A DNA stretch of 64,000 bases from Octopus vulgaris (Eukaryota). The stretch lies in the NCBI GenBank assembly GCA_951406725.2, contig OX597817.1:60202001-60266000 (forward strand), given 5' to 3'. Shown here piece after piece: positions 53,680 through 64,000 of this stretch; the first letter of the stretch is position 1; each line of letters starts with the position of its first letter. A program made the position numbers and the translations under genes. Under the pieces are notes generated by a model. It was given only the letters and a program-made list of their open reading frames with translations. It had not been told where the DNA came from and searched no databases.

Positions 53680-55119
53680 AAGGTTCTTGTCGGCCCGAGG
53701 TCATAGTAGAAGACACTTGCCCAAGGTGGCACGCAGTGGGACCGAACCCGGAACCATGTGGTTGGGAAGTAAGCTTCTTATCACGCAACCACGTCTGCGC
53801 ATATGTCAACAATATTCTTGTTTAAGAATAAACTTCTAATTTCGAAAAGTATCGCGTGACTTCCCAGACTAATGTAAAACTGTTTTTTATTAGAACTGAA
53901 TATAAAAACGTATACATACATTTATTCAAACATTAAGTAGTCGCTAATCAAGTCAAGCACGCATGCGAAGCAAGGACATCTTGATTACAACGATATCTAA
54001 TATCCCTTATATACATATATATATATATATATGAAAAGAACAGAAAATAATAATAATAATAAAATGATAAAGAAATTACGTGAGAAAAAAGAGTAAAAAA
54101 CATGCAGAATCTCTCAAAGAATATATGTATTACAAAGTTATGTCCCTTGAATTATTCCACTAGTTATCTCCCATGAAGTGTTATTTCCCTTACCACGACA
54201 GTCGTTCAACGTATCCAGATCTTAATTTGTTACATATATATATATATTCTACTGTGTATAATCAACTACAGCTATTTCAATGTATTGTAGCAGATATGTA
54301 CAGGATGCTAATGTAACACTATATCAAAATATATTAATGATAATTATTATACACGCTTTATTAATTAATATTTATTAGCAACAGAAGCTGTATTAATATC
54401 GAGAGGAAATATTTATCACCAATTAAACATGGATGTTCTGCTCGAACAAATTAGCGAAGTATGGCTCGTTCTAACAGAACATTCTCGTTAAGTGGGGGAC
54501 AAATATTACCTCGATTTATTAATTGTATTTTGTATTAATTACATTACACTTTGGTAGTGTATTTCCTACGTAGGAACAAAGTAGGCGGTTGCGAGATTTA
54601 TGTTGTATATACGACCGTTTCCCCACTGATAGACGTGAATCTGTTTCTGCCTAGAAATTGAATCTATGTCTCGTCCTCAGCATATAAAAAACATTGATGT
54701 AAAAATACATGGGCTTGGAGCTGAGGACAGTCTCGAGCCTCCAAGCTCATTAGAATGGACTCTAACTTGGTTCCCAGGTCTTTTATGTTATTGAAAATAA
54801 AAAACTCCACCCTGATCAGACGGCAGTCCACCGCAAGTTTAGCGTATTGGATTGTCAACGGGACACAAGGACATATTAGGCGCATCCCTATTTCGGGAAA
54901 ACTAGTTTCAGGAAAAATAGTTTTAGAGCACTAAAGCTTATGGGTAGAAACTTGAATGAGATTTTTGTTCAAATTGGCGACGTGGGGGCGAGCGTCGTCG
55001 TACTGAAAAAGCCCGCCGAGCCGCCGTTTGAATCATTTCGTCTGAATTGCTAATCGAGTGAAGGTGAGAGACGATGATATCATGAGATTATCTCATCTGC
55101 TGGGTTAATTCCTTAATGG

Positions 55120-55370
55120 ATTGACGCCAATCCTCGGGGATGAGTTCCGTCAACCGATCCTCATTCAACTGAATAGGTCGGCTGGAACACGGGGAGTCTG
55201 TAAAATCGAACCATTTCTGTGCAGTTTTTTGAGTAATGGCGTCTTCTCCATACACAGCACAAATCTCTCGAGCGGCTTCGGCAGCTTTGAAACCTTGATT
55301 GAAAACGAAGAGAAGTCAGTGTCGAAGATGGTGAATTCTTTCTCTTTTTTTTAAATTTGACGCTTCATCG
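55120..55370 (-). mobile_element. mariner transposase N-terminal fragment
   Basis: LLFVFNQGFKAAEAAREICAVYGEDAITQ...KWF...SRPIQLNEDRLTELI (HTH region), frameshifted. Confidence 0.8.
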
Positions 55371-55488
55371 TCAGGTCATGTCTGAAAAAGGTAGAATTTA
55401 TTCAAATTTCAAAAACGATAAACAAAAATTGTAGAGAAAGAATGGAACAACAAAAAATAAAACAAAATAAATAAAACCCACACAGTAA

Positions 55489-55522
55489 ATAGATAGATAG
55501 ATAGATAGATAGATAGACAGAC

Positions 55523-55597
<75 letters not shown>

Positions 55598-55646
55598 TAG
55601 ATAGATAGATAGATTGATTGATAGACAGACAGACAGACAGACAGAC

Positions 55647-55715
<69 letters not shown>
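55489..55715. repeat. (GATA)n/(GACA)n microsatellite
   Basis: Read directly from the sequence. Confidence 0.95.
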
Positions 55716-55716
<1 letters not shown>

Positions 55717-55936
55717 ATAAACACGTCAGACAGATCGCTTGATAGATACATCGACAGACATACAACAAACAGAAACTCAAAAGATGGCTAGAAGGATAGA
55801 TAGATAAAGAGACACTGGCGCGGATGGCCAAGTTTGTCCCTCGGATATTCTACATGAAAACGTCTGACAGCATCATGGAGTTTGACAAACGTCATTGAAT
55901 ACTGGAGGTCAAGTTTAGTGACATAGGTAACATCCC

Positions 55937-56022
<86 letters not shown>

Positions 56023-56706
56023 TGGATCTATCATTTACAACATACAGTTGTCTCTTCAGCTCTCTGTAACACGTCATTGTTTCTTTTAAATGGCGACAGG
56101 CCATCTGGTAAACACCATAGATGACACTGCCTCTAATCTTCGCTGTAGCCAGATAAAAAGCTTGGCAGCTGCGTATGTGGTTGTTTAAGTGGACAGACAC
56201 ATAAACAGCCCCACCTCAATCTAACATTACAATCTGAAGACTTTAGGGGTAGTTTGTGTACGCAAAAAAAAAAAAAAAAAAACAGAAGGAAAAAGGAAGA
56301 CGGGTTGAAACATCGATTTTGTTTCATCAATTTATTAAACATATACAGACAGGCACACCGAGATAGAGATACATAAATGTACACTACGCCTCCGTGTGTG
56401 TGTGTGTGTGTGTGTTGTTAATATCTTGAAAAGCGTATATGCCTCGAATTACACGATTCCACAGTGAAGAGCGGAACCAAACTGGCGTGTAAAGTGTAGG
56501 GTGAGGGTTATTGACAATTGTAAGACAACGGTGTGTAATATACATACATACGCATATATATATAACTTAGAATAACTTAGAAAGGTTTTGGCCAGTATTG
56601 GCCCAGGCCATGTCTAACTTAATAGCACCATATATATTCATGTATTTATATATGTGCATATGTATATATAGTTAATCCAAACATGAAAACACAACAACGC
56701 GAGGAC

Positions 56707-57245
<539 letters not shown>

Positions 57246-57514
57246 GGAGAGAGGGACAGAGAGAGGTAGGTGGGAGGAAGAGAGAGAGAGATTAGAGTGA
57301 AAGAGAGAGGAGCAAGACAGCTCGGCTGACATAAGAAAGTGTGGATGAGTCAATGGAGTGAGACGGAATGAAATGTGAAGCCTGAAGGAAATCTGGTCGT
57401 AAGAAGACGAGGAGAAGAGCAAATGGGAGTGGAGCATTCCAGAGTGAGGGCTCATAAGCCACGTGCTGTGGAGACAGCACCACGCCCCATCACACCACCA
57501 CACACGCACTTACA

Positions 57515-57764
57515 ACGGTGTCGTCGCCGTCGTCGTCGTCGCTTTTGGCATCATCATCAATCACCACCACCACCACCACCGTCATCATCATCATCATCGT
57601 CGTCATCATCATCATCATCATCCCAAACCACCACTTCCACCACCTCCACCATCACCACCACCACCACCACCACCACCACCACCACGCCATCACCATCATC
57701 ACGACCATCATCATCATCATCATCATTATCCAAAACCACCAGCACCACCAGCACCATCATCAAT

Positions 57765-57809
<45 letters not shown>

Positions 57810-57855
57810 GTCGTCGTCATCATCGTCATCATTCATCTTCATCATCATCACGATG
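57515..57855. repeat. (CAT)n/(CAC)n/(CGT)n trinucleotide array
   Basis: Read directly from the sequence; homopolymeric translations in all frames. Confidence 0.93.
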
Positions 57856-58313
57856 TGTCGTTTCAGTTGTTATTAAGAATTACGTTGGTCGATGTCATCG
57901 AAGCCAATGTTTTGTTAATTTCTGTTACATGAAGCGAGAGGAACAACAACAACAACAACAACAGCAGCCGGCTGTGGTGGGAGGCTGGAGGAGGAATTCT
58001 TTTGGAAAGCAACGTGTGGGCAAACATGTTAAGGAGGCCCCGTTTTTGACATCTTCCTAAAACAGTCGATATTAAAATATTCAGAAATGTAGGTGTTTAA
58101 AAAAAGGGGTCATTTTGAATGCCACTTAATTTGCCTCCCACACCACCCACGTCTCCTTCTCTCTCTCTGAAACCTTCTTTCCTTCTCTCTTTTCCTCATC
58201 CTCGTTTCGTCTGTCATTTAGAGTCTTTGCTGCTCTGTTTTGCTGTATAAAGATAAAGAGGATCGGAGGGTCTGTATACGAGCATATCTGTGTGTCTGTC
58301 TGTGTGTCTGTCT

Positions 58314-58377
<64 letters not shown>

Positions 58378-58535
58378 ATATATATATATATATATTCGTT
58401 TACGAACTTGTCAAGACAAAATCAAAACCCAAATGGTAAAAACAAACCGTTTCGTTGTTCATTTATATGAATCGGATGTTTTTTGTTTTGTTTAGAAGAG
58501 GAGAATATTGTTTTTTTTTGTTTTTTGCGAAAAGG

Positions 58536-58599
<64 letters not shown>

Positions 58600-58734
58600 C
58601 AAAGCGGGTGGGAATAGATTGATAGATAAATAGAGAGAGATAGAGAGGTTTCATTTCAGTTTAGTGTAGTTAATTCATTGAAATTTCATTACAAAGTATT
58701 TTTCTTTTTTCTTTCTCATCAATGGCACTAGGGG

Positions 58735-59088
58735 GGGGGGGCGACCAGATCTGGGAGCTGTTTCCACAGAGTTCCGACCATGTTTGAATTTACGATGCCA
58801 GCGTTTTACAAGGTCATATGATGGGGCATCATCACCATAAGTTACTTTCATTTCATCAAAAGTCTCCCGTGGTGTGCGTCCTTTTAAATACAAAAACCGG
58901 ATCACACTCAACAGGCTCCATGTTACACTTGATTCAGTTCAAACACCTGTAAATCAGAAACCACAATTATTGTAGAGCTGTAATTTGCCACTTACTCTAT
59001 AGAGATATAAATGATTGCACATGCAAAATTTCAGCTAGATCAAACAACTGCAAGTGGGTCAGGGGCATTACTTATTGAACGTCCCTCG
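58735..59088 (-). mobile_element. mariner element 5' end (TIR plus HTH region)
   Basis: TIR ta|cgagggacgttcaataagtaatgccc. Encodes SVIRFLYLKGRTPRETFDEMKVTYGDDAPSYDLVKRWHRKFKHGRNSVETAPRSGRP. Confidence 0.88.
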
Positions 59089-59918
59089 TATATATTTACA
59101 TGTATAAATATATATATACATGTATATACATGTGAATAAGTCGCACTATTTTATACTTGATTTCAACTTATTGGAGTGCCACTTACACATGAGTGCAATT
59201 TACATGCGAGTAAATTACGGAAATTACGGTAGTTCAAAAGAATAGCAGTGTTTTTCAGGAAATACCCGGTGGCGATAAATATCATCACTCAATGTTTCTC
59301 CAGATGATGTTCCAGCGAACCTTAGAGTGCGATATAAAAATTTCTAAGGTTGCATGGAATAAGGTGTCTTTTAATAAGAATCTCTTGTTTCCAACGTTGG
59401 CATTAAACCAGTAATTCTGAAAGGTGTAGTTAGATGATACCGGACAAATGAGAGGCAAAGTTGATCTTGGAGTGATTTGAACTCGGAACATATAGAGCCG
59501 GATGATACACTGCAAAGCATTTTGTTCCACTCTCTAACGATTCCACCATAATAAATTTTGTAAAAAACGGAAACTTCATAATAATCCGATATTCGCCATT
59601 TTTATAAGTCATGTTTTTCAAACAGGTTTTTCCTTAGCGGTCGCAGTTATTATAAGGGAGATAATCCTTTCTTTATAATTTTCAGCGGGACTAGAAATCT
59701 GAAGTTAAGGAATTATAAGGAAAGATCTGCATAGAATTGCCATTTTAAAATTTTGTTTATATAATGTTTAATTAAAATCAGAGTGGTAGGATTTGTTTGT
59801 AAAATATAGGCATGGGTTCTGCGAAAATTTCTAGGAAGTCATGTAAGGATTCCTTAACACTGCCATAACATATTATGAGGTCATTGGTGCATGACTTCAT
59901 GGTATAGTTTATCAAGCA

Positions 59919-60190
59919 CAGTGGTTCCCAAAGTTGGCGGTGCTGTCCCCTTGAGGGCCGATGTAAAGATCCATGGGGCGTTGAAGGAAAGTGAGGCGAT
60001 AATGCGGATGGAAAAACAACAAAATAAAGGATTTATTAGGTTAAGTTTTATTTGTGAAATAAGTTGTTTTGAATTTGCTTCAGAAAGTGGTCTATGTTTT
60101 TGGAGGTTAGTGGTGGTGGTGGTGAGGGCGCTAGGAATATGGCCTGGGCGCCAGGGGGGCCAGGAACCCGAAAATGTTTGGCAACCACTG
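59919..60190. mobile_element. hAT-family MITE
   Basis: TIRs cagtggttcccaaa and tttggcaaccactg; TSD degenerate. Confidence 0.7.
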
Positions 60191-60492
60191 ATCTACCGCA
60201 TATCATGGCAGATGCTGAACTCTGCGCAATCCTTTAGTTGAAATATTTCTGTTGAAATGCTCTGCCTTTGATCTTGTTCGTTTGGAAAACTATGGAGACT
60301 TCAATAGAACAACTTTGTTCTTATCAGACAGCTACAATTATATCATACATTGATTTATTACAATTATCTTCGCCTTTATGAGTTGAGTCTTAACTACCAA
60401 ACGGCAATTCAGATAATCTCGCTCATACATGTGTTCAACTCTTTTTGTAAAAATCTAAGTCCTTTGGTTAATTGAGATAAGTTAGCACAAAT

Positions 60493-60537
60493 GTCGCGCT
60501 GATGACGGTTATTTACTGTGAAATACGTATCTATGAC
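60493..60537 (+). ncRNA. type-I minimal hammerhead ribozyme
   Basis: gtcgcg-CTGATGA-CGGT-tattt-ACTG-t-GAAA-TACGTA-TC-tatgac. Canonical core, palindromic stem III, AUC site; stem I imperfect. Confidence 0.65.
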
Positions 60538-60941
60538 GGTCCCCTTATTTTCAGACAATGATCATGTCCTCAATGACATGTCAACTTTGGAGAATTCATG
60601 ATTCTGGAGATTGATTATCTCCCCTTCTCATATGAAGCTTGGTTTATTGTCTGCATTTGTGTATATTGTTTAATTGCGCGCAAATGGCCGCACTGAGTTG
60701 CTTCTCTTTATTTATTTTTCTCCTTATTAATCTGGTGTTCAAAACAGAAACTAGCAGGAAATTTTGATGGAAGTTTTTTTAAATTTAGACATCTTTAAAT
60801 TAGAAAGTCTGTAACATAGAACCAAGAATGGTTTGAGGCGAGTTGGAGGAAAACGAGTTAAGGAAATGTTTGCTAATGTTGAAGTCATGTTGTTTCATTG
60901 CTTAGAGCGACCAGTTGTTCATAAGCTGCAACACCTATTTT

Positions 60942-61210
60942 TTAAAGCAATATGAACTGGTCCAACAGAAACGATAAAGCACGGTTAATGCTGAATTCTA
61001 ATTTGTGGGTGTGCTGAAATCTGTTGGAGATTGTAAAGACACTCTGTAGAGTTCCTGCTTTTGACCTTCCCACGAGACATTTCATACTGAGACGTTGAGA
61101 CAGGCAAAAGATTAACAACTTTATCACGTGTTCTCTGACCCGAATCTCATCGCAAATGACCAAGGAGGTGTTTCGATTTACTGCGAGGTCAATTTTGTCT
61201 TTCTTGTAGA
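60942..61210 (-). mobile_element. old LINE reverse-transcriptase fragment
   Basis: YKKDKIDLAVNRNTSL...KLLIFCLSQRL...KAG...VFTI resembles the start of the RT domain (KKG..D..NYR.ISL..QAGF). Confidence 0.5.
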
Positions 61211-61896
61211 TTTAAAAAAAAATCACTTTAGGTACCAGTAATTACATAGGGTGGTTAACGTGGAAACAAAGACTCATCAATAATTTGACCTTCAATAACC
61301 ATTTTCAACAGAAAACGTGTTGCATCTCTCTCCCCCTCTCGCCCCTCTCTCTCAATGTCAATGTTTTTACAACTTCTGTTCGTCATTGAATCTCTTAAAC
61401 GGTCTTCTCTGTTGCCTTAGTCTCTCTCTCTCTTTCTCTCTTTCCCTCTCTTTATCTCTTATGTAAATAGATTTGACGCGTGCACATGTACTAACACAAA
61501 CAAACAAACAATCACATACAATTATACAAACATACATACACAAAAACACGGTCACACACACACACACGTACATATCTATACACACACACGTATGTTTGTA
61601 TGTGTATGTATCTACATACATGCATACATACATACATACATGCATACATACATAAATACATACATACAAGCATATATACACATATATATATATAAGTATA
61701 CACACAGACACACAGACACACAGACACAGACACAGACACACACACATACACACACACACTCTCTCTCTTCTTTACCTGTACATTGTATATATGCGTATAA
61801 ATCTAGTCAAACCCACGCTCTCTCCCACACAATGGTATTGATATATGTACATGCATATGTACATTCACACACTTGAAGTAAGTGAATGTATATATA

Positions 61897-61940
<44 letters not shown>

Positions 61941-62424
61941 CATGTGCATGTGTGTCTCTGCGCGCACGCGCGCTATTTATACGATAAGATGTGGTAAATT
62001 ATTTCGAGGCAGCGTCGAGATTTGAATGGTGTTGCTCTACATTTGACATTATGACCCCAACATGCTTCCGTATCTGCCGCTTCTGCTATTTTTCTAACCT
62101 TTTCTTCGACACAAATAAATAAAGAAGCCGGAAAGGCGACATCTGTCGGCTGGAATTGACATTCTGCAGATTGTCTTGTCTTATTTTCTTTCTTTACTTT
62201 CAATTTCAAATACCCTCTCTCCCCCCACCCCAATTATTCCTACTTTCATTCTCTCGATTTCCTTTCAGTCTCTTACCTTTCTTTCTTTCTTTCTTTCTTT
62301 CTTTTCCTTTTTTTGTTTCTTTTTCCTATTTCAGAAAATTTCCTTTCCTTTACTTTTTCATTTGTTTCCCCACTCCTGTCTAAAAATGCACACACGCACA
62401 CATGCATACATATATTGATGCATA

Positions 62425-62797
62425 CATCATCATCATCATCATTGTTCGACCGTGGTCGAGACAATGGAATTTACCATGCTACGCCAGACTTCACGGTCCA
62501 TCATGGCATTACGGAGGTCCTGTTGCTGGATGCCTGTATCCCTGGAGATTACATCAGGGTAGGAGAGTGTGCGCCCTCTGGTATTGCGAGTAGATGGCTT
62601 CCAGAGGAGAAGAGGAGAAATTACCTCTTTTTCAGCTCTACAACAATGTCCAGCAAACTGGACTCTCCTACCTTTCACAAGAGATGACACAGATGGTAGT
62701 TTCCCATAAATTTGCATTTTGGTTGGATGGCGCTTCCACGAGAGATTTTGAGCTCTCATAAGGAGGCGAGTGTAGGTTCCATCCAACCGCCTCTCAA
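62425..62797 (-). mobile_element. RTE-type LINE 3' fragment, same family as 48800-49377
   Basis: Near-identical reverse-complement copy with a (GAT)n tail. Confidence 0.9.
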
Positions 62798-63359
62798 TAC
62801 ATACATACATACATACACATACATACATACATACATACATACATACATACATACATACATACATACATACACATACATAGATATACACACACATACACAC
62901 ATATACATATATACATGCATACATACATACATACATACATATATTCATACATACACATTATTAGACATACACACACATACACACATATACATACATACAT
63001 ACATACATACATACATACATACATACATACATGCATTCATACATACATAGACATACACACACATACACACACATATACATACATACATGCATATATACAT
63101 GCATTTATACATACACATACATAGATATACACACATGCACACACATACATACATACATACATACATACACACATATACATACATACATGCATACATACAC
63201 ACATACACACACATATACATGCATGCATACATACATACATACATGCATACATACATGCATACATACATGCATACATACATACATACATATATATACATCC
63301 GTGCGTGTGTGTGTGTGCAATAAACCCACCCTTCCACAAGTTCAATTTGGGTTATAATC

Positions 63360-64000
63360 TTTGTGGTTTATACTGAAGCTGGCCAAAGGAAACATTAAAG
63401 AAAAGCACTGAGCAAACGGTTTTGGTGGAATAGCAACAGTTCCTGACCAGCAGGATTATTTCTCTAAATGTAGAATGTGTGAAGGTTCACGTGAGACTAT
63501 TGCTGTCGCTGTATGGGAAATGTCCGTAGCCCCCAAATCCATTCATCCATTCAAAGAGTGGAGGCGTAATATGATTTCTGCGATAATTCACAAGAGTTCG
63601 CATGTACAGCAGAGAGCCATAACAATTTTGTTGGAACAAAAATGGTAATCCTCGAAAACAAGGGAATGAAGTTGTCGTCGGTCTTCCCTAAACAAGCCAA
63701 ATGAAGAATACAATATAATAGACACGATTTTGTAGCTTTTGATAGGAAGAAGAAACTGCGTATGGCAGTCGGTGTGGCATGTCCGTTTGATAGGAGGGGA
63801 AAAAGAAAAGGGGATAAAAAGTAGATTACTACACTGACTTGAAGTATGAATGGAGAAATTAAAAAGGTCGTGATCTTGTCTATTAGTATGGGGGCCTTGG
63901 AATCAGTTATAAAAAAAAATTCAAGAGCAGAACTTTAAAATCTTGATCTTAATCTGGGATTAGGTGTAAATCTGTAAAGCTGTTTATTTGGTTCACCAAA
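63360..64000 (+). mobile_element. R4/Dong-like LINE C-terminal region, decayed
   Basis: SKCRMCEGSRETI (zinc knuckle), then RHDFVAFDRKKK...VACPFD...KKVDYYTDLKYE...GALES (RLE domain). Confidence 0.65.

Overview
AT-rich animal genomic DNA saturated with microsatellites and transposons. The repeat landscape (tRNA-derived SINEs, long (TA)n/(CA)n/(TACA)n tracts, Helitron MITEs) looks like an octopus or other coleoid cephalopod; this is inference. Most ORFs in the supplied track are microsatellite artefacts. I can reconstruct one real gene on the minus strand with 8 coding exons from 50122 to 17808. All intron phases are compatible. The protein is about 1,900 aa, includes a ~5 kb low-complexity exon containing a 100-N gap, and belongs to no family I recognise. 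Mobile DNA includes a decayed piggyBac inserted in a SINE and a mariner carrying a nested Merlin-like foldback. There are also hAT, piggyBac and Tc2-like MITEs, many Helitrons, and RTE, Hero-like and R4/Dong-like LINE fragments. The most unusual signal is at least 8 unrelated type-I minimal hammerhead-ribozyme motifs of the Penelope kind. Several lie in inverted or palindromic inserts within microsatellites. They include a family with a compensatory G3:C8 core swap, a tRNA-headed hammerhead-tailed SINE-like element, and a perfect 132-bp palindrome made of two back-to-back hammerheads.
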